Made by a program: the position numbers and the translations under genes
DNA from: Candidatus Atabeyarchaeum deiterrae
GTDB lineage: Archaea > Asgardarchaeota > Atabeyarchaeia > Atabeyarchaeales > Atabeyarchaeaceae
Assembly: GCA_037310415.1 (NCBI GenBank)
Contig: CP147780.1
Span: 512,001 to 576,000 of the forward strand
Length of the DNA: 64,000 nt
Direction of reading: 5' to 3'
The notes under the pieces: generated by a model
What the model was told of the DNA's origin: nothing
Database searches by the model: none
Seen by the model: only the letters and a program-made list of their open reading frames with translations
Shown here: piece after piece, positions 19,872 to 29,995 of the stretch
Numbering within the stretch: position 1 is the stretch's first letter
Layout of the letters: every line of letters begins with the position of its first letter

Positions 19872-20459
19872 ATGAAAGCACAGTTCCCTACTAGAAGGTA
19901 TGAACAAGTTGCCTACGTTCTCGACTATCTGCCTCAAGGTCGACCTGCAGACAGAAGAATGACATACCAGAGAGAACAACTTGTGCAAGCTGTCGGTGAG
20001 TCTTTTTTCACTCTGCTTGAGTTAATACCGAGGAGGAACGTGCAGTTCTCGCCAAGAGAAAGGCTGGTCATAGGAAAGGATGGGGGTCAAAAAATAGACC
20101 ATGTTAAAGGACGTATTCAATATGAAGATCTGACTGCTGTAGCCCGAAATGAATTGGTTGTTGTCATAGAGAGTGTAATAAACTCTGACGAAGATAGGTT
20201 CACAAAGTTCTTCAACAATGCGGGCCCTATTACTACTAGGCTGCATCAATTGCAGCTTCTCCCTGGCGTTGGAAAAAAGACCATGTGGGAGATACTGGAG
20301 GAGAGAAAGAAGAAACCTTTTTCGAGTCTGGCGGACCTAGTCGAACGAGTCCGGATACAGGACCCGAAGAAGATAATCATAAAGAGGATAATGACAGAGC
20401 TTCAGACCGAGGACAAGTATCAGGTTTTCACTTGGAAGTATAAGACCCTTCAGCAGTGA
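19872..20459 (+). CDS. DUF655 family putative nucleic-acid-binding protein
   Basis: VLDYLPQG, FTLLEL, RLHQLQLLPGVGKK (HhH). Confidence 0.9.
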   Translation: MKAQFPTRRYEQVAYVLDYLPQGRPADRRMTYQREQLVQAVGESFFTLLELIPRRNVQFSPRERLVIGKDGGQKIDHVKGRIQYEDLTAVARNELVVVIESVINSDEDRFTKFFNNAGPITTRLHQLQLLPGVGKKTMWEILEERKKKPFSSLADLVERVRIQDPKKIIIKRIMTELQTEDKYQVFTWKYKTLQQ

Positions 20460-20492
20460 TCTTTCACTGAAACGTTTTTTGATGGGAAGACA

Positions 20493-21356
20493 ATGCAGGC
20501 AAATGTATTTCACGTTCGTGAAATCCTGAGGTCTTATTCAATAAGACCTACAAAGAGAAAGGGACAGCATTTCATAGTGAATCCAGAGATCGCGAAGAAA
20601 CAGATCACGTACGCGGGTCTCAGTCCCAAGGATCTCGTCTTCGAAATAGGGGCGGGCTTAGGAGGCCTAACGGAGACAATCGCGAATAGAGGCAATAGTG
20701 TAATTGCTATTGAGATAGATGAGAGACTCATCAGATTGCTCAAAGCTAGATTCGAGGGACAAAGCAATATATCTGTGATAAGGGCTGATGTTCTCTCCTT
20801 TAATCCCAGACAAGTCGACAAAATAATCTCTAACATTCCATACAGCATATCTTCCCAAATCACTTTCAAGGTTCTTGAACTGCAGTTCGCCACTGCTATT
20901 CTGACTTATCAGATAGATTTCGCTAAAAGGATGGTCGCTCAGCCTGGATCCCGGGACTACAGTCGACTTAGCGTCAATGTATACTATCGAGCCGAGGCAG
21001 AGATACTTGACAGAATACCTAGGGATGCCTTTCATCCCGTCCCATCGGTCGACTCAGCGTTCATTAGACTGAAACGAAGAAAACCCCCATTCTTTGTTAT
21101 CGACGAAGAGTTTTTCTTTGAGCTACTACGCGCATTCTTCCCGTACAGAAACCAGTTCCTTAGAAAGGTTCTGAAACGGTTTCTTCGTGTCAAAGGATTA
21201 GAGAACCTCAACGTTTTGGAGATAATCAGGAACGCAGAGGTTGATGATGTAAGAATAAGGGATATCTGTCCAGAGTCTTTTGCCAAACTAGCAAATGAAA
21301 TCCGCCATACACTTAATCACCCTTATCAAGGAGCTCAGAGCCATCAGTTCCACTGA
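20493..21356 (+). CDS. ksgA: 16S rRNA dimethyladenosine transferase KsgA/Dim1
   Basis: GQHF, EIGAGLG, SNIPYSIS, YSRLSV. Confidence 0.95.
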   Translation: MQANVFHVREILRSYSIRPTKRKGQHFIVNPEIAKKQITYAGLSPKDLVFEIGAGLGGLTETIANRGNSVIAIEIDERLIRLLKARFEGQSNISVIRADVLSFNPRQVDKIISNIPYSISSQITFKVLELQFATAILTYQIDFAKRMVAQPGSRDYSRLSVNVYYRAEAEILDRIPRDAFHPVPSVDSAFIRLKRRKPPFFVIDEEFFFELLRAFFPYRNQFLRKVLKRFLRVKGLENLNVLEIIRNAEVDDVRIRDICPESFAKLANEIRHTLNHPYQGAQSHQFH

Positions 21357-21981
21357 ATCCTATTGATAATGCAAGAATCTGTTCGAAGAAAAGACGCTTC
21401 TTTGCTATTATTCTCACATCCATGCCAAATCTTTTGAGCTTCTTGATCGTGGTCTTCACTCCGTAAGATGGATGCAACAGGAAAGCCATTCCACCATGCC
21501 TTAAATGCCTTGGTAACTCATCAACAAAAAGGTCTATCACCGCTCTGCCCGTTGGTCCTCCTGCCCAAGCTTTCTCAAGCCATCCACGTTGATACTCAGA
21601 CGATTTTGTTTGCAGGTAGGGAGGGTTAAACAAGATCACGTCAAAAAGCACATCTTCGCGAAAAGGCTTGAATAGGTCACCTCCCAATTCAGCGATCTGG
21701 CCTGCTGAGCCATTCAATTCGCTGTTTCTGGATGTACATCGCAATGCAAACAAGTTGATATCTACCGCAATGACTCTGCGCGCACCAAGCAGAGCAGCTT
21801 TAATCGCAAGTATGCCTGTTCCAGTTCCAATATCCAAAACATAACTTCCTTCATTTATGCAGAGATTGTCCTCAAGAAGAAATGAATCATCACTAGGAGA
21901 GTAGACTTCGCCGTCTACTAGTATCTCTGGTTCGAGATCCGATCTTCTCTTCAATGTTAACCCCTGTAGCCTCAAATGCAC
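21313..21981 (-). CDS. HemK2/N6AMT1-type release-factor glutamine methyltransferase
   Basis: VYSPSDDSFLL, DIGTGTG, NPPY, WAGG, LFFE. Confidence 0.88.
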   Translation of the reverse strand: MHLRLQGLTLKRRSDLEPEILVDGEVYSPSDDSFLLEDNLCINEGSYVLDIGTGTGILAIKAALLGARRVIAVDINLFALRCTSRNSELNGSAGQIAELGGDLFKPFREDVLFDVILFNPPYLQTKSSEYQRGWLEKAWAGGPTGRAVIDLFVDELPRHLRHGGMAFLLHPSYGVKTTIKKLKRFGMDVRIIAKKRLFFEQILALSIGFSGTDGSELLDKGD

Positions 21982-22619
21982 ACATATGTTGATGGTCTCA
22001 CCTCAAGAGCCGCACCCCGCGCTACCAAGACCATTGCATTCTCTGTTGGCAAGACGACAATGTCTTCTGGCTGAAAAGGGCCGTATTCATCCAAATCTGC
22101 TCCGACCAGTTTAGGTATGGACTGAAGTATACGCACCAACATGAGGTTTGAAGGACTTCGCCCACTAGCTTTAGAATCCATAAGGGGGGTTCTGTATTCA
22201 GGGTTGCCAAAACTGTTCGACGCGTGAACGTATCGACCAGTGTGTGCCTTGATGTCTTTCTGTAGAGTATCGACCAACGCAACCTCGTTGTCTGAAAGTG
22301 TACGAGTGATGGCTTCTTGGTTGTCTTCCAGAGAAAGCAATACGATTTTTCTTATCCTCATCTTTAGCAAGTTTTTGAACATATACTCAGCATATTCCAC
22401 TTCTCGTTCGCTTTCAGATCTCGCAATAGATTCACTGTTCTTTTTTGGCAGTGAAGCTTTCAGACCTGACAAGTACTCTGAGGCTCTCTGAAGAAAATCG
22501 CTGGAAAGAGGCTGGATGCCCTCCGAATCCTTTTCCCGTTTCCAAGCGCCAAAGATCTCGTCGTACAAGCCACTTTCGCCTTTCTTGTTTAGGAAGATAG
22601 GTTCCTCACCTACCTTCAC
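21972..22619 (-). CDS. GINS subunit (Gins15/Gins51)
   Basis: WKREK..IQPL..DF, RIRKI, C-terminal B domain VRIL..IP...YGPF; directly downstream of PCNA. Confidence 0.82.
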   Translation of the reverse strand: MKVGEEPIFLNKKGESGLYDEIFGAWKREKDSEGIQPLSSDFLQRASEYLSGLKASLPKKNSESIARSESEREVEYAEYMFKNLLKMRIRKIVLLSLEDNQEAITRTLSDNEVALVDTLQKDIKAHTGRYVHASNSFGNPEYRTPLMDSKASGRSPSNLMLVRILQSIPKLVGADLDEYGPFQPEDIVVLPTENAMVLVARGAALEVRPSTYVCI

Positions 22620-22628
22620 CTATTGTTT

Positions 22629-23396
22629 CTATTCAGCCTCTCGCCTTGGAGCCAGGAAATATGTTATTCTTCCACCATTCGAGATGTTGAAGTCTATTCT
22701 GAGTGGCATGTTTGTTGAAAACTGAAGTATTATTGTCTCTGAGATTGAACTTGCCTTCATCATGTCGCTTAGATAATTGAGCGCATAAATCGCAGTTGAA
22801 TCCTCTTTGACTTCGAGGTCGAGTAAAGCTTCACTACCTTTTCTGAATTCTACTAATGCATCGTTTGTGTCGCCAGAGGCTTGCATCGTTAAATTGTCCG
22901 GTTTTGCTATTACCTTAACTTGGTCGCTCACTACCTCGGCATCCTTAATTGCTTCGGCGATAGCTTCTGTGGTGAGCTTTGCATTGACATTGAACTCCAC
23001 TTTTGGCGTGGGCGGTTCCTCCGTTCCGAGATCCAACAACGACAAGCTGAAGGTTCTGATTGATTTTCCTCGGAATCTAGCTATCATCTTGTTACTCTTT
23101 TCATCATGGACTAATTCAAGTGAGTCACCCGAGCCTGCCCTTCTCATTATTTTACCCATTTCCTCAAGATTTATCCCCATCCGAGTCTCCGCGCTACATT
23201 GATACTCTTCGAAGGCCTCTTTGGACAACTCAAAATCAACCATAGCTACACGAATGGGGTCCATTGCCCTCAGTCTCAGAGAAGATGGAGTGACGACGAA
23301 ATTCGCTTGATCGACTAGGGTTGAAAGTGATTCGACAACAGAACGCCACAACCTCGCGTCGGAGAGCACTGCTTTGAACAAATACCATTCCTCCAT
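22629..23396 (-). CDS. pcn: DNA polymerase sliding clamp PCNA
   Basis: AMDPIRVAMV, C-terminal YFLAPR. Confidence 0.96.
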   Translation of the reverse strand: MEEWYLFKAVLSDARLWRSVVESLSTLVDQANFVVTPSSLRLRAMDPIRVAMVDFELSKEAFEEYQCSAETRMGINLEEMGKIMRRAGSGDSLELVHDEKSNKMIARFRGKSIRTFSLSLLDLGTEEPPTPKVEFNVNAKLTTEAIAEAIKDAEVVSDQVKVIAKPDNLTMQASGDTNDALVEFRKGSEALLDLEVKEDSTAIYALNYLSDMMKASSISETIILQFSTNMPLRIDFNISNGGRITYFLAPRREAE

Positions 23397-23451
23397 TCAA
23401 AATCGCTAAGTGACCATCTATTTCCAGAGATACAGTATTCTGTGGAAACAC

Positions 23452-23787
23452 TCATATTAATTCTCCCCCACTCCTCCCTTGTATAACTAAGCGTGATTTG
23501 ATCTCTTGAAGCTCGTTGTAGAGGTCATAGTCAATTCGACTCATGTCTCGAACAATTACTGGATTGATCTCGGGAAGCTCGTCTTCCTTTCTCGATACGG
23601 AACCTATTATGCGGATCCTGTCGCCTTCATGAAATCCACAAGCAGCATTCACCTTCGCTTCGCCGCTTCCGTCGCCAATAATGAACGGGTTTGTTCTTAT
23701 AACGACGGCATCAATTCTCACGAGTTGATCCCCATCTGCGATTTCCCCGATTTTCTTCTCGACCGCCGAGCGATAGAACTTGAACAA
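23452..23787 (-). CDS. Replication protein A small subunit (RPA14/RPA3-like OB fold)
   Basis: AVEKKIGEI..D..VRI, DGSG, RIIG, IVRDMSRIDYDLY match the Thermococcales RPA14 pattern. Confidence 0.75.
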   Translation of the reverse strand: MFKFYRSAVEKKIGEIADGDQLVRIDAVVIRTNPFIIGDGSGEAKVNAACGFHEGDRIRIIGSVSRKEDELPEINPVIVRDMSRIDYDLYNELQEIKSRLVIQGRSGGELI

Positions 23788-23831
23788 CTAATGGAGGCCC
23801 CCACCTTGACTTTTCAAGCCAGTCGTTCGGG

Positions 23832-24173
23832 CTAGTACTCTCTCCATGTATGATTACATTTCAGGCATCTGAAAAAGATCGTCGCACCCTCATCCGCAGC
23901 CCGAGTCTGAACCTGCCAATAAGCAGCAAGATTGTTATGGCATTTTGGGCAGTCCACTTTTGCTGTAGGCATTGTGTTGGCTTCCCTGTTGTCACCCTCG
24001 AAAACAACAATCTTGTCTCTTGCCGTATGAGCTATTTTCTCTCGTAGAACGTATGAGCTTCCCACATCGCTGTCCTTTTCTGCGTGCCCACACTTGCGGC
24101 AAGTCAACAGACAATCCAAACCTTTCTTGGTAGGGATGAGCATTGCCCCGCATTTGGGGCAGAATTTAACCAT
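23832..24173 (-). CDS. tfs: Transcription factor S (TFS/RpoM)
   Basis: FCPKCG and QTRAADE..TIFFRC Zn ribbons. Confidence 0.95.
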   Translation of the reverse strand: MVKFCPKCGAMLIPTKKGLDCLLTCRKCGHAEKDSDVGSSYVLREKIAHTARDKIVVFEGDNREANTMPTAKVDCPKCHNNLAAYWQVQTRAADEGATIFFRCLKCNHTWREY

Positions 24174-24268
24174 GAAGCACACCTTGTCGATCTATTGACC
24201 CGACGACCCCTTCGGACACTTCTTCATAACATGCAGGTTTTCCCAAACATCGCTGCCGATTTGTAGTT

Positions 24269-24733
24269 CTATGATCTCTGTTTGTCAGGGGGACTGATCA
24301 TAGCCTGTTGATCTATGTGTTCCATAATGTTGTTTAACAGTTTTTTAAAGCCTTTGATCGCCGACAGGTCGCCTTTCTTCCGGTCTTTGAGGTCTTCTTC
24401 ATTGAACTCTGACGCCACCACACTTGCTGCGTCTTCAATATCAATCATATTTCCGAGCCATGCCGATGCTATGAGCGACTCAGCTACATCCCCTAGATCA
24501 CCAGATCGCGCCCTTTTAGGCGCCATGTATCTCAATCCAGCTTCTGTAAGTGCTTGGGAAAGAATCTTGTCCGAGGCTCTTAGACCCTCCGGTCGTCTCA
24601 TTATGAGAGAGATTGCCAGCGAATAGACAAGATTCGTTATACTGTCTCCGAGTCTTGCCAGACCTTTGTCCTTCCCCAACGACTTGTGATTAATGGTCTT
24701 TGATAGAATATCTCTGTTCCTTGGGAGACTCAT
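24269..24733 (-). CDS. Archaeal RNase III-like domain protein
   Basis: LARLGDSITNLVYS, GDVAESLI; usual position next to rpoL. Confidence 0.75.
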   Translation of the reverse strand: MSLPRNRDILSKTINHKSLGKDKGLARLGDSITNLVYSLAISLIMRRPEGLRASDKILSQALTEAGLRYMAPKRARSGDLGDVAESLIASAWLGNMIDIEDAASVVASEFNEEDLKDRKKGDLSAIKGFKKLLNNIMEHIDQQAMISPPDKQRS

Positions 24734-24754
24734 TTATGGCTCTTCCTCACCCAC

Positions 24755-25039
24755 TTATTTCTGGGTCTCAACCAGATTCGTAAACTTCTTGTTAAACTCC
24801 TCCGCAAGTGATGCCAGTTTTGCCGATGCTTCAATCAAAGTCGAAATCGCACTCTTGTCCTTTGTTCTTAAGGTCAGGCGAGGAACTGATCGCATTGGAT
24901 GCTCAATAGTATAACTGGCGAAAACGACTTTCTCATCATCAAATAACAAGTCGCGTAGCGCGTTAAGCAGGGTGTTTCCTTCCCCCTCAACCAGTATTTT
25001 CAGCTCAGAATCCGATAGACTGATCACAGACACCTTCAT
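24755..25039 (-). CDS. rpoL: RNA polymerase subunit L (Rpo11)
   Basis: GEGNTLLNAL, ASYTIEHP. Confidence 0.93.
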   Translation of the reverse strand: MKVSVISLSDSELKILVEGEGNTLLNALRDLLFDDEKVVFASYTIEHPMRSVPRLTLRTKDKSAISTLIEASAKLASLAEEFNKKFTNLVETQK

Positions 25040-25053
25040 ACTCTTGACCTCAA

Positions 25054-25626
25054 CTAATAGAAGGGCTTGCCGTAGTTAAGTGATATCCTTCTTGTTTCGA
25101 CGTTATAGCAAGTTGGGCACGAAAGCTTTGCTCCAGTCCTCACAAGAGGCGTCCCGCACTGTGAGCACAAAGTATAAAGAACGCCTAACGTACTGCCAGC
25201 AGTTGATAGCTGGTAGGGAATATGATCTGCATTAATAACCTTTGCTCTAACAATGTCTCCTGGTTTGAATTCCGAGTCTAGATTCTCAGTATATTCATCA
25301 CTAACCTGAGATATGTGTATAAGTCCGGAAATGGTCGACGAGAGGCTTTGTTTCCTGATCCTTGCTATGCTAACCTCAGCAACCTGTTTATGCACAGCCA
25401 TGATTTTGCCTATCGCAATGTCCCCGTCCCTGGGAGGTATGGGTCTAGCGAGTTTACGATATACCTTGACTTTCTTCTCGCCTTTGTCAATCATGACAAT
25501 GCCCACTTGGGCCGAAAAGATTGTACCGCTTTCCTCGTAGGTGCCCTCAGAAGGGACAAACTCTTCGATGACACCGATTCTGTCCCCAGGTATTACAAGG
25601 CCCTCGGGAGGTGATTTGTCGCTCAT
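25054..25626 (-). CDS. csl4: Exosome RNA-binding subunit Csl4
   Basis: PGDRIGVIEEF, S1 domain, C-terminal Zn ribbon. Confidence 0.93.
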   Translation of the reverse strand: MSDKSPPEGLVIPGDRIGVIEEFVPSEGTYEESGTIFSAQVGIVMIDKGEKKVKVYRKLARPIPPRDGDIAIGKIMAVHKQVAEVSIARIRKQSLSSTISGLIHISQVSDEYTENLDSEFKPGDIVRAKVINADHIPYQLSTAGSTLGVLYTLCSQCGTPLVRTGAKLSCPTCYNVETRRISLNYGKPFY

Positions 25627-25899
25627 ATGATCTCTTCCCTCGATGGGATTTAATACACGTTTGGATTAATGAAGGTTAACCAATAATGGGAAATTGCACC
25701 GAACTCTTAAAAGGCTACCTAGTGCGTTGCTTTGTGAGCATTATCAGAAACCGGTCAATGAGGCAAGTACCAGTAAACACGATCTGAGTTCATACCACTC
25801 TATCTTTGATTCACGCTCTCGTTTGTCGCAAGGCGAGGTGTGACGCGCGAGTGCATATCATTGCATCTATTGAACTAATAAATCTAATGGGGGATTTTT

Positions 25900-26511
25900 G
25901 TGAAGAGGAGGCAGTTGGAAATTCTTCTGTCATCGCTGAAGGTGAATCCAAGACCGAAACTAAGGTTCGAGGAGTATAACCTTGATCCGCAAAGTGCGTC
26001 TACAATGCTGTATATCGCCTTATCACAAGGTGATTTGCTGAGCAAAGAAGTCATCGACCTCGGTTGTGGAAATGGCATCTTGTCAATAGGTGCCGCAATT
26101 CTGGGCGCCAAACGGGTCGTTGGAGTCGACATCGACGTAGATTCGATAGGCGTGGCGAAAGAGAACGCGAAGAACTTGAATGTAAGGGTCGACTTCGCTT
26201 CCGGATCAATAGAGTGCGTGCGAGGAGCATTTGACACGACAATAATGAATCCGCCTTTCGGCAGTTGGAACAAGGGCTTGGATGTGAGGTTCCTTGAAAA
26301 GGCAATAGGAGTATCTGAAGTCGTGTATTCGATTCACAAGGCAAGCAACACAAGCCGCTCATTCCTATCGAGGAAGGTAGAAGGCTTTGGCAGAGAGACG
26401 AGGAGACTGGGACAAATCCAGATCACTCTACCACGACTTTATGAATTCCATCAGAAAGCGAAATATAAGGTTAGCGCGGATTTGTACCGAATCGTAGCGA
26501 AGAGCCCTTAA
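25900..26511 (+). CDS. METTL5-family RNA methyltransferase
   Basis: DLGCGNG, MNPPFG, VYSIH, YEFH. Confidence 0.9.
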   Translation: MKRRQLEILLSSLKVNPRPKLRFEEYNLDPQSASTMLYIALSQGDLLSKEVIDLGCGNGILSIGAAILGAKRVVGVDIDVDSIGVAKENAKNLNVRVDFASGSIECVRGAFDTTIMNPPFGSWNKGLDVRFLEKAIGVSEVVYSIHKASNTSRSFLSRKVEGFGRETRRLGQIQITLPRLYEFHQKAKYKVSADLYRIVAKSP

Positions 26512-27521
26512 CCCAAAGAAAGATATCGTTCTAGGAGTTCGTCCGAGAAAACCAACTGTACCTCTTCAGGCGTTAATACTGGCCTTTTGAAGTGCTCAGC
26601 CTCATCAATCGCTATTCTTGGGCAAGCGGTTATAACGAATGCGTCGACTTCTGCCAAAGATTCAAGGCGATCAGGGATGAGGTTATCGACACAGAGTAGG
26701 ATTGTTTCCTTGCCTTTTCTTTCTAGTTCCCTTCTGACGCCATCGGCCCTTTGAAGATCGAACTGCCCGAACTTCGTGCCCAATACAACCCCGAAAACGG
26801 TTGCAGACCTAGCAGCCATTACACTTGCATACCGTGACCTGAGAACGCGTCGAAGTAGCTCACCTGTTGTGTAAACTTCATTTGAGAACAAATCGATCAC
26901 AACAGAGTCTTTTCTGGTTGCCAAAGCCAATCCTATAGCGTGGAACTTCCCTCCCCCGATCAACACTAACCGTTCAACGCGACTTGAGATTGACTTTGCA
27001 GTTGAATAGTCGCAGCCAAGAATTTGTCCATCACAGGAGACCTTCCCAGTCGCCTTCCCTACTACCACTTTTAATCCGCGGCTCTCTAAGTACTCTCTCA
27101 CTTTAGGGAGTTCTCGAATGTGCTGAATCGTGGACAGAACGCCTATTCTTCTCGAATCACCAAGTAACTCTACAATTTTGGGCAGCATGGTTCGAACGTC
27201 CAGAGTGGCAAACGCTTCGACATATATGGTCGGCACGGAAGTCTTTGCTGGCCATGGTCCGTGACCATAGTGGATCAGAAGGTCAGCATTCAAACGTGAG
27301 GCGGCATTCACTGCAAGGTCACAAGCTCCGTAACAGGTGTCAAGGGATATGATGGTTTCAGCGCGAGTCTGTTCTTTGATTCTCTTGGCTATTCTCACAC
27401 AGTATTTGATTAACCCATCAGGAAACTGGAGAAGTACACGTTTGCTCTTCCTTGATTTGACTTCCTCAATCACTCTGTCTATCTCCAGATCATAGATTGA
27501 TGATTGTTCCAAGCTTTCCAT
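26508..27521 (-). CDS. dph2: Diphthamide synthesis radical enzyme Dph2
   Basis: LQFPDG, YGACD, GQILGC, ACPR. Confidence 0.94.
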   Translation of the reverse strand: MESLEQSSIYDLEIDRVIEEVKSRKSKRVLLQFPDGLIKYCVRIAKRIKEQTRAETIISLDTCYGACDLAVNAASRLNADLLIHYGHGPWPAKTSVPTIYVEAFATLDVRTMLPKIVELLGDSRRIGVLSTIQHIRELPKVREYLESRGLKVVVGKATGKVSCDGQILGCDYSTAKSISSRVERLVLIGGGKFHAIGLALATRKDSVVIDLFSNEVYTTGELLRRVLRSRYASVMAARSATVFGVVLGTKFGQFDLQRADGVRRELERKGKETILLCVDNLIPDRLESLAEVDAFVITACPRIAIDEAEHFKRPVLTPEEVQLVFSDELLERYLSLG

Positions 27522-27613
27522 ATTATGAGACCTTCTTACATTGATTGAATGCCAAGATAGGTATTCTTTAAAGTTTGGAAGGCTGCCTATCTAATGGGAG
27601 ATGATGCTGAACC

Positions 27614-28846
27614 ATGGAAATATCGGAGCTGTCTGCTTCGGTGATATGGGATTCGAAGGCGCGACCAACCATAAGGGTTGATCTGAAAGCTGATGGGATA
27701 AAGACTTTTGCTTGCGCGCCTTCTGGTACCAGCGTCGGGAAATTCGAAGCACAAGCTTTCCCAAAAGAAGGAGCAGAAAGGGCTGCGCTAATAGTCAACA
27801 AAGAGATCAGCAAGCAACTGACTGCCTTTGAGATAACCGATCTAGCAGAAGTTGACGACAAACTAAGGAGCATTGACGGGACGGACAACTTCAGTCGAAT
27901 TGGTGGAAACACAGCCATTGCTATCTCAACAGCCGTAGCCAAGGGCCTGTCTGAATTAGAAGGGAAGATGCTTTGTGAGTACTTATCAGAAAGGAGAGAA
28001 ATGAGGCTGCCATTTCCACTTAGTAACATCATCGGAGGAGGAAGACACACTATCGGCGATTCTCTGGACTTCCAAGAATTTCTGGTTATACCGATCGGCG
28101 CAAAAAACCTTGTGCAGGCTGCCACTTTCAACTCACAAGTTCACAAGGAAGTGGGTAACATGATAACCGAAAAACATCCAAGTTATGTATTGGGAAGAAA
28201 CGATGAAGGTGCTTGGGCAGCTCCTCTAAGAATCAGTGAGGCTCTCACTCTACTCGCATCTGCCCTAGAGAAGATTGAGAAGAATTCTGGAGTGAAGGGA
28301 AAAATCGGAATTGATGTAGCAGCGTCGGAGTTCTGGGATGGAAGAAGATACAAATATAAAAAGGAAGGGCAAGAACTCAACATCGATGGACAGGTAAACT
28401 ACATGGAGAAACTAGCTGAAGACTACCCAGTAATTTACCTTGAAGATCCTTTTGAAGAGAATGATTTTGACGCCTTCAGCAAGCTCAACCAAGAAGCGCG
28501 CGGTAAGTTCCTCGTGGTTGGTGACGACCTTATTGTGACTAATCCAAAGCGGTTGGAGGCAGCTATTATTAAGCACTCAATAAGTGGCGCTATCATCAAA
28601 CCTAATCAAATCGGCACTCTCACGGATGTCAAGACAACAGTGGAAATGGCGAGTAAGAATCACATTGTCCCAGTCGCTTCTCATCGCTCTGGGGAAACTG
28701 TAGATACCTCTCTTGCTCACATAGCAGTAGGGTTGAATTGTTCAATATTGAAAATAGGGATATCGGGAAGCGAACGCTTAGAAAAGCTCAACGAACTGAT
28801 GAAGATAGAAAGATCGCTTCGCATCGGAATGGCGAAACTCTTCTAA
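27614..28846 (+). CDS. eno: Enolase
   Basis: PSGTSVG, DFQEF, DVAASEF, LEDP, GDDL, KPNQIG, SHRSGET. Confidence 0.93.
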   Translation: MEISELSASVIWDSKARPTIRVDLKADGIKTFACAPSGTSVGKFEAQAFPKEGAERAALIVNKEISKQLTAFEITDLAEVDDKLRSIDGTDNFSRIGGNTAIAISTAVAKGLSELEGKMLCEYLSERREMRLPFPLSNIIGGGRHTIGDSLDFQEFLVIPIGAKNLVQAATFNSQVHKEVGNMITEKHPSYVLGRNDEGAWAAPLRISEALTLLASALEKIEKNSGVKGKIGIDVAASEFWDGRRYKYKKEGQELNIDGQVNYMEKLAEDYPVIYLEDPFEENDFDAFSKLNQEARGKFLVVGDDLIVTNPKRLEAAIIKHSISGAIIKPNQIGTLTDVKTTVEMASKNHIVPVASHRSGETVDTSLAHIAVGLNCSILKIGISGSERLEKLNELMKIERSLRIGMAKLF

Positions 28847-28919
28847 CCATTGGAATGAATGAGAAGGACATCACTATTGAGTCACTAGTAGAGTCGATTC
28901 CTCCTCGTTTACTCGGCTT

Positions 28920-29078
28920 CTACAGAGAGCGCCCACCTTTCTTGTTCCACACACGTATCAATGTGTCCTTCCTTACGGGGCATGCTCCTCCATGAAGCAT
29001 CTTGCAGTTCTCACAGTCTCGCCTTGTGAAACTTCCGTACGTGAACTCACATGGATAAGCCAACCACTTGTTCACCAT
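28920..29078 (-). CDS. Small Cys-rich protein, 52 aa (not in ORF track)
   Basis: Hand translation MVNKWLAYPCEFTYGSFTRRDCENCKMLHGGACPVRKDTLIRVWNKKGGRSL*; TATA-like run about 25 nt upstream. Confidence 0.5.
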   Translation of the reverse strand: MVNKWLAYPCEFTYGSFTRRDCENCKMLHGGACPVRKDTLIRVWNKKGGRSL

Positions 29079-29145
29079 TTCAATCCCTTAGGGAGAAATC
29101 GATATATATACTTTCCAAAGGTCGATAGAATACGTGCATAGTCCA

Positions 29146-29343
29146 CTAGCTCAACTCTGGTATGAATCTGCCATTCAGATCGCGTCTCATTATTTTCTCT
29201 TTTCTTTTTCTTATTGCTAGAACAAGTGGGGTCTGATAATGTATGGCAGATTCGCAGTGCTCAGTATCTGTTAGAATTACGGTTTTCCCATGCATACCCT
29301 TGTTCCTGGCCTCGACTATGCAGATATGACACCATTTCTCCAT
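29146..29343 (-). CDS. Small hypothetical protein (CxxC, RDxxGRF)
   Basis: ATG overlaps the upstream stop (TAATG coupling). Confidence 0.55.
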   Translation of the reverse strand: MEKWCHICIVEARNKGMHGKTVILTDTEHCESAIHYQTPLVLAIRKRKEKIMRRDLNGRFIPELS

Positions 29344-29606
29344 TAATCTATCTCCCCCTTTTTGCCAAGAATCAGATTCAAAAGATCCAATAACCGGCCG
29401 ATTTTGCCGAGGGAAAGAAAGCACCGCTCTCTAATACCACTTGGATTGCTTTCATTGATTGCTCCAACTTCCATTAGCTTGAGTACCTCTGAAAGGCACA
29501 TCACGAGTTCTTCAACAACTGCCGAAGATATGTTGACAGTCTCATCTGCGAGTGTTACCAGATCGGCGCCTGACGTTTTCTGCGTTGGCAGAATGGTTTG
29601 AGACAC
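29343..29606 (-). CDS. Small hypothetical helical protein
   Basis: Coupled to the downstream ORF; TATA and palindrome upstream. Confidence 0.5.
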   Translation of the reverse strand: MSQTILPTQKTSGADLVTLADETVNISSAVVEELVMCLSEVLKLMEVGAINESNPSGIRERCFLSLGKIGRLLDLLNLILGKKGEID

Positions 29607-29621
29607 TTCGTTCCACCGATT

Positions 29622-29637
29622 CTGGATTAGAATCCAG
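29622..29637. promoter_or_regulatory. Operator-like palindrome CTGGATT-AG-AATCCAG
   Basis: Perfect 7-2-7 inverted repeat between a TATA-like box (29643-29649, minus strand) and the ORF start at 29606. Confidence 0.45.
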
Positions 29638-29699
29638 CATTAGTATATAGCAACGGGGGGAGACTTTCATAGAAGTGAACATTTATCTTGATAATGTGG

Positions 29700-29957
29700 C
29701 TATCCCAGCCAATCACCAAGAGTTTGTTCCTCTTGCCTCAATAAGCGAATCCTTCTGAATACTTCTCTCATCACGCCTCTGTCGTATCCACAGAGGCGAT
29801 AAATTGCCTTCTTGCTGAGTTTCCTACCCTTCTTCTCAGAATCGATGATTCTTTGAGCGACCGCAGCAACGTCAACCATGAGGGCCGTCCACCAAACGAA
29901 AACCTGCTTTCTCTTGGACTCCAGGTCGTAGTTGACCTTATCAGAGTCCCCTTTCAC
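29700..29957 (-). CDS. Small hypothetical protein
   Basis: SD GGTGA upstream; co-oriented cluster. Confidence 0.5.
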   Translation of the reverse strand: MKGDSDKVNYDLESKRKQVFVWWTALMVDVAAVAQRIIDSEKKGRKLSKKAIYRLCGYDRGVMREVFRRIRLLRQEEQTLGDWLG

Positions 29958-29995
29958 AGAACTATCTCACCAAGTCCGCTTCTTAAGTAATTTCC

